Source: Azolla caroliniana
Lineage: Eukaryota > Plantae > Polypodiophyta
DNA length: 64,000 nt
Direction: 5' to 3'
NCBI GenBank assembly: GCA_043228905.1
Contig: JBHGNT010000004.1
Coordinates: forward strand, 13,640,001-13,704,000
The translations under genes and the position numbers were made by a program. Below the pieces are notes generated by a model that saw only the letters and a program-made list of their open reading frames with translations, had not been told where the DNA came from and made no database searches. Shown in pieces: positions 1 through 11,166 of the stretch. Positions within the stretch are counted from its first letter, which is position 1. Every line of letters starts with the position of its first letter.

Positions 1-1490
1 GTCACGCACCGGTTGCGTAAGATGGGGTTTGTGGCCTCCAAGTCTAACTCTTCGTTGTTCATCCGGCAAGGTCTGAACGGTCCGGTTTGCATCTTGTTGT
101 ATGTTGATGATTTAGTCATCACCGGACCCGGACTCGATGAAATCAGCCGAATCAACTCCTAGTTGTCGGACGCATTTGAGATGAAGGACCTGGAGGACCT
201 TCACTATTTCCTTGGGATCGAGGTGATCCGAACCCCCAATGGCATACTGCTCTCACAAAGATACTATGTGTTGAGTATGTTGTACAAGTTCGACATGACA
301 GAATGCCGACCGATCTCCACACCCCTGGACCGGAACCAGAAGCTCCGTCCTGACTCCGAATAGGCCAGTGATGAGAAACGGTTCCGACCAGTCGTCAAAA
401 GCCTGATATACTTGACAATCACTTGACCCGACCTCAGTTACCCGGTCGGAGGGATCAACCAGTTCATGTAGAAGCTGACCATCGAGCACCTTCAGTGCGC
501 ACATCGGATACTCTGGTATGTGAGCGGCACAAAGGACCGGGGACTGTTATCTCAGCATGGTATAACCCAAGAGCTAGTCGGCTACACCAATGCCGACCAG
601 GCCAACGATGCATCAGATCACCGATCCACCTCCGGCTATATGTTTTCCCTTGGTAGTGCGGTTGTTGCGTGGAGCAGCAAAAAGCAGCCAACAGTGGCCC
701 TTTCGAGCACTGAGGCTGAATACCAGGGCGCTACCTTTGCCACTTGTGAAGCCCTTTGACTTCGGCAATTGCTGCAAGACCTGCAGATCGAGGTGCCGAC
801 CCTGATCCTGATCTACTGTGACAAAATAAGAAGCATGCAGCTCGCCAAGAACACCATATTCCATGCTCACACGAAGCACATTGAAGTGCACTACCACTTC
901 GTGCGTGAGTGTGTCCTGAGCGGTGAAGTCAAACTTCAGTATGTTTATACGGATCGGCAAGTTGCCGACATCTTCACCAAACCGCTCGGATCAGACAAGT
1001 TGCAGCACTTCACCGAAATGCTTGGTGTTCAGCATCTCGACGTGTCACACTTGAGGGGGAGAACAGGCAAAGACACCATAATGAGCAAAGGCAAAGAAAC
1101 TGTCGATTGTGTCGGTGAGGGAAGAACCGACAAAGGAAGTTGACACATCCGAACAAGTCGGAACAAGCGGCAGCAATGGCAGAGTCAAGAAGGACAAAGC
1201 TGACCAGAAGAAGAAGGCCAAGACCCGAACATGGTTCGATTTGGTGAAGGGCCTAGAACCAGAAGACGAATCGGGAGCGACTAATTCGGACAAGAGCTAG
1301 AACGAATCGGAGACAATCAATTCGGTTCAACAGATGGATTCCGAAGAACTGGAACAATTCAAGGCCAAGAGGACGAGAAGGCAGCCAAAGTCGACGCCAT
1401 CACGAAGGAATTGGCGAATCGACAAGTGTCGAAGTCACAACAGCGAGGGAGCTGACTTGGGCCTATTGAGTAGACAAGCCGACTGAGGAG
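1..1490 (+). pseudogene. copia A pol remnant (RT C-terminus, RNase H, C-terminal extension) with stops
   Basis: ORFs 163-363, 520-759, 769-1143 and 1109-1300 are collinear copia RT/RNase H/tail fragments broken by premature stops and a frameshift. Confidence 0.9.
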
Positions 1491-1715
1491 GTCAAGGTGC
1501 GCAGAAACAGAAGGGTCGCGGCAAATGGGACCGGACCGGACGAGGAGCGCGAGCGAGGCGGAGTGACGCCAGAAGGAGCCGGGTGGAAGGACCGGCTCCC
1601 ATGGAGACTGACACTACGATCCGACCTCAAGTTGAGCTTGAGGGGGAGTGTTGAGCGGCAAGCTCAACCGGATACGGATTGACTAAATAAGCCTGAGCCA
1701 GATCAGTGAGCCGGT

Positions 1716-2502
1716 TGTCAAGATTCGAACTCTTAACATAACCATGTTATAATCGAGTGTTATGTGTTAACCACACATCTAGCATATAATCATGTATATA
1801 CTTCCTCATTGTAGGTTTTAGCTAGCATCATGTGCATAATTTCTCCCTTGTATTATTAACACTTGGCACATGCATGCGTACCTACTACCTACATGCTCTA
1901 TATATCACATGCATGCAACAGGTATGCATGCCACTTAGTATAAATAGTTGAGGTCACCTTCAAGGTATTCAAGGTGAACAACGCCAGTCATGGACATATC
2001 AATCTAGTATTCTCGTTTCGCCTCATCTTTGTCTCCTTGATCTTTATTTCTATCTTCATGCCCTCATGTCGCTCACAACATCTAGAGTTCCTAGCCTCGT
2101 CACATCTAGCTCCAAGTTCATGCGTCACTCGTAGCCCCATCATCTGTGCTTTGTTGTAGTCTAGTGTTAGTGTGTCTGTGACAGTTTGTTCACCTTCCAA
2201 CTAGAAGCATCACCTATCTCCATCATTGCCCTTGCTTCTAGAGTTACCATCATCACCGTACCATCATCAACATCGTTTCATTGTCTCTATTTTTTAGTTT
2301 CTTTCCCGTTCGTGTTCATGTTCTAGTTCCCGGTGAGGGCCGCACAAGGCCGCTAACTCCCGTTGGTGTTTGTGTTCCAGTTCCCGATGAGGGCCGCACA
2401 AGGCCACTCACTCCCGTTGGTGTTCGTGTTCCAGTTCCCGGTGAGGTCCGAACAAGGCCGCTCACTCCCGTTGGTGTTCGTGTTCCAGTTCCCGCCGTGA
2501 CA
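1716..2502 (+). mobile_element. Internally deleted Tcn1-like chromovirus (5' LTR 1716-2183, leader, then the last ~8 nt of the 3' LTR)
   Basis: TGTCA...TGACA ends. TSD CCGGT at 1711-1715 and 2503-2507. The LTR start matches the 3' LTR of chromovirus D (39305). The LTR end GTGTCTGTGACA (2183) matches the end of solo LTR 18168-18693. Confidence 0.85.
2305..2494 (+). repeat. 54-bp tandem repeat, ~3.5 copies, in the retroelement leader
   Basis: Unit CCCGTTGGTGTTCGTGTTCCAGTTCCCGGTGAGGGCCGCACAAGGCCGCTCACT starts at 2305, 2359, 2413 and 2467. Confidence 0.9.
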
Positions 2503-5419
2503 CCGGTTCACCGGATCCATCAGTAACTGGAAGCCTAGTAGCATCCTAGACTACTAGGTAGTTAATGTCTTATAGTTAGTGTCAGATGCTTGTGTGAGCA
2601 TTGAAGTACACCGTACTTTTGTCAGTCTGTATTGACTTGTATAAAAGTGTTCACTGAACACATATGTTGAGTGACAAGCTCAACATTGAATGTGTAATAC
2701 GGTGCATAACCCAGTGCGTAGATTGGGTGCGTAACCCAGTTTGTGACGAAACAGAGTTGAGATTGTTTGCGTTCAGAGAAGAAAAAGACAGTACTATGGA
2801 CAGAGGAATGGGAACCTCACTTCCGACTGAAAATCTTGACAGAAGCAACTACGCATCTTGGTCTTACAAGATGCACCAATACCTGCTCGACCATGGCTAT
2901 TGGAGTTATGTCGAAGGAGCAAACGATGTGGCACCCAACTCAACACACAGGGACTATCCGGCTTGGGAACAAGCGGCAAGCAGAGTGTTGTACTGCTTCG
3001 CGTCCTGTGTGAGCGATCAACTTTTGAGCTATATTCGGAATGCCAAGACGCCGAAGGACACGTTGGCGAATCTCAAAAGGATTTTCGCCACCAGCACAGC
3101 GGCCAAAAAGCTAGAGCTCATACAGGAGCTCGCCAATGTACAACAAAGAGATATGTCGGTGGCTGATTACACCACCAAGATCAAAGAAATCTGCAACTCT
3201 CTCGCCTCCTTCAACGTGAACGTTAAGGAAGATGAAATGGTGCAGGTTTGTCTTGGTGGCTTGGCATCAAAGTTCGGACCTTTCTGAACGGCAGTCTGCA
3301 TGAGGGAGATTACACCTTTGTTTTTCGAGCTTCAATCAATGTTGCTCATAGAAGAAAACCACGCGGGTGAATCGACGAGTGCGCGCGCCGATGGCAAGAT
3401 GCTTTACACGGAGGATGATAGGCCTCGTGGTCGTGGTGGACGAGGCGGATCGGCACACAATGGAGGCGGCCGAAAAGAGTAGAATGTACGGCATAATCGA
3501 GATGTCGGAAGCAATTCCGAATCCTCCGCAAGCAGGGGGAGTCATGGTGGCACCGGAAGACGGCAAGAGAAGACCGCGCCGGAATGTTGGTATTGTGGTA
3601 AGAAAGGCCACAAGGAGAGCGAGTGCTGGAAAAAGCGAGCCGATTCAGACAAAGCCGGATCGAGCCGAAGAGATGCAGAGAGGCATCAAAGATTGCACTA
3701 CACAGAAGGCTCTAAACAAGCCGGAAATGGAGCGGACCCTTCCTTCGTAATGAAGCATAAAGCCAATTCAATGGTCGTGAACACCTCGAAATCGAGCGAG
3801 GTGTGGTATATGGATTCCGGAGCGTCAAATCATATGACGAGCCATGAGGAATGGTTCTCGTACTTAGAGAAGCAGGAATCACGAGGGGTTGTCGAAACGA
3901 GGGATGACACCCCGCATACCATCGAACATGTCGGCGAAGTTCCCCTCAACCACGTCAGGCAAAAAGGGAAGCTAATGAACATGTTGCACGTCCCGACGAT
4001 AACAAAGAACCTTGTCTTGGTCGGACAGATCGTAGACCAAGGTATGCAAGTTCGATTCACGCATCTCGGCTCCTTCATCGAAGAGGAAGGCAAATTGATC
4101 GCGCAAGGGCGTCGTGAAGGGAGGATGTTTATCCTCGAAACCAATAATGTGGGTATTGCTATGTTCGTGAAAGGACAAAAGGTCGAGTCGGATATCGACC
4201 TGTGGCTCAAGCGGTTCGGCCACGTAAATTTCCCCCGGCTTTGTGAAATGCCGACGAAGAACATTGTTTTCGGGTTGCCGAAATTTCGTGGCCGAAATGG
4301 CCAAGTCTGCAAAGCCTGTCAGATGGGAAAATAACACCGACTTCCATTCCCCAATGAGCGTAATCTTAGTCGAAGTCCACTGGATTTGATCCACTCAGAT
4401 GTGTGGGGTCCGTCCGGCATAGAACGTGAGTCTTGGTGGAAACCGTTACTTTGTAACCTTCATCGATGACTTCACTCGGCACACATGGGCATGCATGATT
4501 GAGAAGAAGAGTGAAGTTTTCGCATGTTTCTTGAAGGTGAAGAGCCTTGTGGAAAGGGAAACGGGGTGTAAGATCAAATGCCTACGGTCTGATGGTGGGA
4601 AGGAGTACTTCTCCGACCAGTTCACATGTTATCTACAGAAGGAGGGAATTTGACGCGAATTCTCATGTAGATACACGCCGCAGCAGAACGACGTGGCCGA
4701 GCAGAAGAATCGGACAATTGAAGAAGCGGCCAAGGCAATGCTTGAAGAGAAGCATATGCCAAAATTCTATTGGGTTGAAGTCGTAAAGACAGCCGTCTAC
4801 CTGCAAAATCAGAATACTGCTAATGGAGGAGTGTCGCCACATGAGTTGTACTTCAGGAAGAAGCCGAACTTGGCACACTTGAGGATTTTCGGCAGCATCG
4901 CGTATGTGCACGTGCCGAAGGAGAAACGGAGGAAGCTGGATGCGAAAGCCAAGAAGTGTATCTTGGTCGGCTATCCGGATGAGCAGAAGGGTTATAAGTG
5001 TTATAACCCACGCACCAAACAAGCGCACGTTGTCGTGAAGATTTTCGGAAATAGTGTGAAAATCTCATAAAACGTACGAAATCGAGTATGAATCACATAA
5101 TACAATAATTGTGAAGATAAGATTTTAAATAAATTTAATATCTAAGTACAAAATGATGGAGGTTTCGAATGCACTTTATTACACGAGAAACGGACAACTA
5201 AATGTCAAGATATGAGGGTATAAAGTTTGTGAAAGGAAAAGAGAAAATTGTGAGATATCCCACATAGGCACGACAAATACGACTCTCATCATATATAAGG
5301 TAGAGCAAAAGCTATTATCTTTGTGTCTATGTGTGGAGCATAGAGAGTTCAAGGTAACTTGAACTAAGTGTGGAGGTGGGCTAGCTACTCGTAAAAGGTT
5401 TTGGCCAACCAAAACCGGA

Positions 5420-5680
5420 CTGACGATGGAGCCAGTGATCCGGCGCCAGTGAGACGACGGCATCCGGCGAGGCACCGGTAACCGACGGCATCCGGCGACG
5501 ACGAGGTGACGACATCCAGCAGCAATCCGGTGCCGGCGAACCGACGGCATTCGGCGACGGCGAGGTGACAGCATCCGGCACCAGTGAGACACCAGCATCC
5601 AACGGCAACCGGCAGCATCCGGCGACGATGAGGTGACGGCATCCGGCGAGGCACCGGTAACCGACGAACCGGCGTCCGGT
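5420..5680 (+). repeat. GC-rich degenerate tandem repeats (GGCATCCGGCG core) in the C 5' LTR U3
   Basis: Repeated CATCCGGCGA / CACCGGTAACCGACG units. A shorter array lies at ~11610-11730 in the 3' LTR. Confidence 0.8.
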
Positions 5681-5721
5681 GATTAGATAAATAAATATAT
5701 AAATATATATACATATATAAG

Positions 5722-5794
5722 GAGGGCAAGTAGGGATTCGAACCTTGCACCTCCGAGTTAGGAATCAATTGGCTTACCATTAAGCCATGCCATT
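5722..5794 (-). ncRNA. tRNA-like / Pol III A-box + B-box cassette in the C 5' LTR (copy at ~11771-11843 in the 3' LTR)
   Basis: Minus strand reads TGGCTTAATGG (A box, 5787-5777) and GGTTCGAATCC (B box, 5744-5734), 43 nt apart. D-stem GCTT/AAGC. Not a complete cloverleaf. Confidence 0.65.
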
Positions 5795-6002
5795 TAGTTG
5801 AATTTATATTTCTATCATTGTACTTTTACATGTAAATTCTCATACATGAGAGCTAAAATGAGTGACATAGTTATCATGCACCACATGTAATACATGAGCG
5901 CCAAATGGCAAACATGCATTTTATGAATCCTTCCGGTCCAGAACCCCGGCGGTTCCGCCTCACGATCCGCACGTAGTGACGAATCTTCACGACATAATTC
6001 AG

Positions 6003-6020
6003 TGGCGAACCCGACGTGAA
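6003..6020 (+). promoter_or_regulatory. Primer-binding site complementary to the tRNA-Trp 3' end (element C)
   Basis: TGGCGAACCCGACGTGAA, compared with the plant tRNA-Trp 3' end ...TTCACGTCGGGTTCACCA recalled from memory (1 mismatch). Confidence 0.75.
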
Positions 6021-6061
6021 AGAGGCGGTAGGAAGGATCAAGTCGAGATTAATACTTGGAG

Positions 6062-8261
6062 ATGGCGTCCTCAAGCAACCAAGCGGGAGAGCTCGAAAGG
6101 ATGATGTTAATCGTCGAGCAAATGATGAGATCTCGGGACAATGACGCGAGCGTGGAGAAGGCTGTCGATCGTGTCGTAGAGCTCGAGGGCCAATTCGATG
6201 GAAGGAACGTTACGAAATTCCTTGATGCATATAGAAGGGAGATGAATCAGAGGGACGTGTCCGAGGCACGTCAAATCGCAAGCTTCAAGAGAGTTGTCAC
6301 CAACAACATCCAAAGACGCGTCATCGAGCTTCAAGAAGGTAAGACAACATGGTCCGAGTTCGAGAAAACAATACTAGCGGAGTTCGTGACTGAAGACTCA
6401 ACGAGGATGACTCGACATGCCCTGATGAAGTGGATAGAGAAGAAGAATAAGAAGATGAGCGTCTCGAGGGTGTACGACGAATTCGACCAGATGTTTAGTC
6501 GTCTCCCCAATACGGACCAAGTGTTGCTTGAAGAGGACAAGACTTTGTACTTCTTGAAGGCCGTGGACATAAAGGATAGACAGGAGTTGGGGACTCTTCT
6601 CGAAGATGATACCCAAGCAAATGGGCTCGTAGCGGACTGGATCGCGGTGAAGCGGGCATGCAATAGGCTCGACAAGCGTCGCCAATGGGTTGATGACACC
6701 GACTTGACGGGATCGACTACAACGAAGAAAGCAAGACCGCCGAAAGTAGTTGAGCCGCCAAGACAAAGTAACGTGGAAGAAAAGAAGATTGATGACGACA
6801 TCATTGAAGAGCTAGCGAATAAGTTCGAGAAGGTCACGCTAGCCAACATGAATCGTCAGGGCCCTAAAGGAAAAGAACCCTTTAGATGCGTGTGGTGCGA
6901 TAGCATGGACCACATGAGAAGGGATTGTGTGAGCCTTCGAGAGGCGATTCGACAAAATATCATATACATAGAGGACAACATGATCTGCTCAAGCGAGACT
7001 AGAAGACCCCTACGGGTGAATTTCGAAAGAGGAGGAATGAAGAAATCTATGGAGGATGCCGATGCGACTCATGTGGATGCGATGCGCTATGTTGCGTCGG
7101 CCGGAATAAGAGTCAAGAAAGACAAGACTGAAGCTGCTAGAGCGGGAGCAAAGTTTTGGACTTCCGTTCTCGAATATGAGAAGAAGGGAAAAGTCACATC
7201 GAACGAGGTAGAGCTTGCGGACCGAAGCGTGCAAAGCATAACCGGGTGGTCGGATCCGGTGGACGACAACACCATACTCGCAGAGGTGATGTGCGACAAC
7301 CACGAGGTGTTCGTCGAAGAAAAGAGAAAGAGAATAGAAGAGCAAGGCCCATCAAAAAGACATGAAACAAGGAATGCGAAAAAGAAGGACGATGCGGAGA
7401 CGAGTCGACCTTTACAAACGGAGGAACGAGAATCAAGCCGAAAAGGGGAGCCGAGCATACGAGTTGAAGAAACGGTTCGGCCCATGAAGGTTGGTGTCGA
7501 AGACCCCGCTCGGAGGACAAGGACTATACCTACCTATAAGCTAAGGTCGGACATAGAGCAGACGACGGACCTAAAGAAGATTCTCGAAGAACGAGTTCTT
7601 GATAGCCACGTAACTTTGTCCTTGAGGGAATTGCTTGGCATTACGAAGAAGGAGTTCCATGACACGATCGTGGACCTTGTAAAGAGAAAGAGACAACAAT
7701 CGGACGAGGAAGAAGAGAAGCCGCAAAAAGCAAAAACGAATGCCATAACGATGGCAAGAGACGAAGTCGATGAAGATATGGTAGACAGCCACTATACTCG
7801 ACCTCATTGGGCACGAGCGACAACGGAGACGCCGGTGAAGATCGGGGAGAAGAAAGAGACCGTGGTAGCCTTGATCGACCACGGCTCAGAGATCAACCTC
7901 ATGTCAACTGACTTCTACAAAAAAGGAAGATGGCCAATCAATATAAACCACGGATGGAAGATTCGCGCGGCAACAAAGTCTACGGAGGACTTGTACGGAG
8001 CTTGTGCCAATATCAAAGTCACGATCGGGGATGTGGAGATGGATCAACACTTCTTCGTACAAGAATTTAGCGTCGCATCCTGTCATCCTAGGGCAACCTT
8101 ATATCACATCATCTTGGATGGAGACCAAAGTGTTTGATAATGGATCAGCCTTTGCACGAATAAAGAGTCATGACAACCAAATATTGGTCCAATTCCTAAC
8201 GGTGCGAGCCAATCATGAAAGGAATCGAGATAGTCTCCGAGGCGAATCCTCGGATTTTTAG
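6062..8261 (+). pseudogene. gypsy C gag-protease ORF (frameshift near 8070)
   Basis: 693-aa ORF with CVWCDSMDHMRRDC zinc knuckle and ALIDHGSEINLM aspartic protease. It continues in ORF 8004-8261 (HPVILGQPY...SDF*). Confidence 0.88.
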
Positions 8262-11166
8262 AGCGGACTATTGAAGCATGGGGCACAAATAGTCCGAGAA
8301 ATCACAAGACCCCACAAGAAAGAAGAGTGTGTGGATTGCGAGGAGAAGCAACATGTGTCACACCTAGTGGCGCATGTAAACTAGTACTACCCGACAAGAA
8401 GCACAAGCGCCGGATACAAGAATTTGAGAAGATGCTAAAAGAAGAGAACATAATAGAAGAAGGAGAGTTCGTGACTCATATTATGGAAGAAGCCTCATTT
8501 AACGACACCATCGGCGAAATCAAGGACGTCGTGGACTTGAGCTATCTTCACAACCAACGCGTGATTTCGGTTAACTCCGTCAACATGTACGCTATCATCG
8601 ATGAATACCGTCGTGGCATCTGGATGAAGGAAGCTGACATCAACACAAAATATAAAACGGTGGATAAGAAGATCAAGCCAGTTGCGGTTCCACTACCGGA
8701 AGATAGCTGGCAAAAGATGAAGGAAGTCGCTAACGATCCAAGATTAAGAGATCCGAAGAAGATAGGTCATGTCTTCACCAAAGAGACGAAGGGGAAGCTA
8801 CGAGTTGGAAAGGAGGATTTCCTTCTCCCTGAAGAGGAGCGAATGTTTCGCGATATGCTTGAGAGACATGGGAAGGCTTTCGCATTCTTCCCACGAGAAA
8901 TCGGATGCGCCGACCCAAAGGTTATAGAGCCGATGGTGATCTTCACGGTGCCTCATGTGCCTTGGAATTTGAAGCCGATACCGGTTCCGAGAGCACACCT
9001 TCCGAAGCTGATCGAGCTCTTAAAGGAGAAGGTGAGTATGGGAATTCTAGAACCGTCGGATGCTCCTTATTCCAATAGGTGGTTCACGGTGCCGAAGAAG
9101 AATGGATCATTTCGATTCATCCAAGATCTTCAACCCGTCAACAAGGTGACAATTCGAAATGCCGGAATCGGTCCGAGCGTGGACGAATTTGCCGAAGCAT
9201 TTGCGGGCCGGTCCATCTACTCCATTGGCGATCTCTACTCCGGATATGACCAATTCCAATTGGCGATCGACAGTCGGGACATTACAACCATAAGGACTCC
9301 GATCGGGCTTGTGTGGATGTGTACCTTACCCCAAGGCGCAACGAACTCGGTGGCTCATATGGTGAATGCCATGAATAAAGTCTTGAAGGATTGCATCCCG
9401 GACATCACGATGCCATTCTTGGATGATATTTCGATAAAAGGATGTTCGGATGAGGAGAAAGATGAATGGAAAGATAAGGAAGGTTGTAGAAAGTTCGTTG
9501 CGGATCATATGAAAGATTGCGAGAAGGTGCTTCAAAGGCTCGAAGATGTGAATTTGACATTTTCGGGAGAAAAATCCGCATTCGGGCAACCGGAGATCTG
9601 CTATGCTAAGGTGGATCGCCTACATCAAGTCTTTAAACCCAGAGATCCGTCACATTGCAGGGAAGAAGAACGCCATGGCTGACATGTTGTTGAGGGCAAG
9701 ATTTTCAAATGGAAGTAACATGGTTTCGGAAGATGAAGATGTCGCCCTCGACTTCTTCAAGATGGCTCGATTGTTGGCGGAAGACCAGGACACGCAAACC
9801 CTCCACGCCTTCAACGAGAACGAGTACGAAGGAGAGTGGTTACTCATCGGTAGATTCCTAAGAACATTGACGACAGATGCGTCGTTGACAAAGGAGGAGG
9901 CCCTACGAATCCAAAAGAAAGCTTACCAATACTTCTTGAAGGGAGGATTCCTTTGGCGACATCTAAAAAGAAGGACAGGAATACCACGTCGAGTGGTGGA
10001 AAAGAAAGAAGAGCAAGAGACGCTGATGACCGAATTCCACGAGAGTGCTTGGGCAGGTCATAGAGGAAAATGGGCGATGTTCGAAAAGTTGAAGGAGAAG
10101 TATTGGTGGCCAAGCATGTACAAAGATGTACTCCATTTCGTGTCCACCTTGCCAAATATATTCAAATATACGTCATCGTGATGAGTTACAACCGACATAC
10201 CCACTCACCATACACTTCAAATGGATGGTGGATCTGGTCTCGATGCCAATGGGAATGGGACAAATGAAGTACTTAGCGCTGGCAAGGTAAGACTTGACAA
10301 ATCAAGTGGAAGGACGAGCCTTGACAAATAAGACGACTTCAGCCGTTTGCAAATTTCTGCTTGAAGATGTTGTTTGCCGATATGGATGTGTAGGGAATAT
10401 AGTGGCCAATCGAGGGGAGTTGGACGCGCACGAAGCGACGGAGCTCTTTGAAAGACTAGGCGTGAAGCTCTCCCTCACGACTGCCTACAATCCGGAAGCA
10501 AATGGAAAGATCGAGCGAGGGCATGGACCTATCGTTAAAGCCATTGTACGGGCATGCAACGGTCGAGTTGGGAATTGGCCACGACTATTACCCTATGCCT
10601 TGTGGGCTGATAGAACGACACATAGCTCGGTGACAGGGTATATGCCGACGGAGCTTATGTATGGACAAAAGCCGATTATGCCCATCGAAAGGATATTCGC
10701 CTCATGGGTAGCGATACCGTGGGAGAACGAGATGAGCCGAGAAGAGTTATTAGCGGCGCAGATAAGGCAACTTGAAAGAAGACCTGAAGATTTAGAAAAA
10801 GCGCGAAAGATGATGGAGGCAACCCGAGTAAAGAACAAAGTTCGGTTCGACAACACGCATCGACTTCGTCCCAAGAAGATTGAAGAAGGGGATTGGGTTT
10901 TGGTTTACGACAACACCCTTGACAATCAACACAGTACAACAAGGAAGTTTGCAAGAAGATGGTTCGGGTCGTATGTGGTGACAAGTGCCAACGATAATGC
11001 CACATACCACCTTGCGGAACTAGACGGATCAAGGTTGGCCGTACCCATTGCGGGAAAAAGAGTAAAGATTTTCAAGAAAAGACAAGACAAGGATCCTAGC
11101 CTCGATCACCTTGACAATGAACATAATAGGGCGGATGTAAATGAAGACATGGAGGAATCTAATTGA
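8258..11166 (+). pseudogene. gypsy C pol (RT, partly deleted RNase H, integrase)
   Basis: RT motifs GILEPSDAPYSNRWF, IGDLYSGYDQF, LPQGATNS, FLDDI. Integrase HHCC remnant and TTAYNPEANGKIERGH. Deletion at ~9600. Confidence 0.9.

Noticed and set aside
2305-2494. Regularly spaced repeats resembling a CRISPR array
   Set aside because: Whole 54-bp units repeat with no unique spacers, there are no cas genes, and the context is a eukaryotic retroelement.
5722-5794. Functional tRNA gene
   Set aside because: The acceptor, anticodon and T stems are incomplete, so it is reported only as a tRNA-like Pol III cassette.
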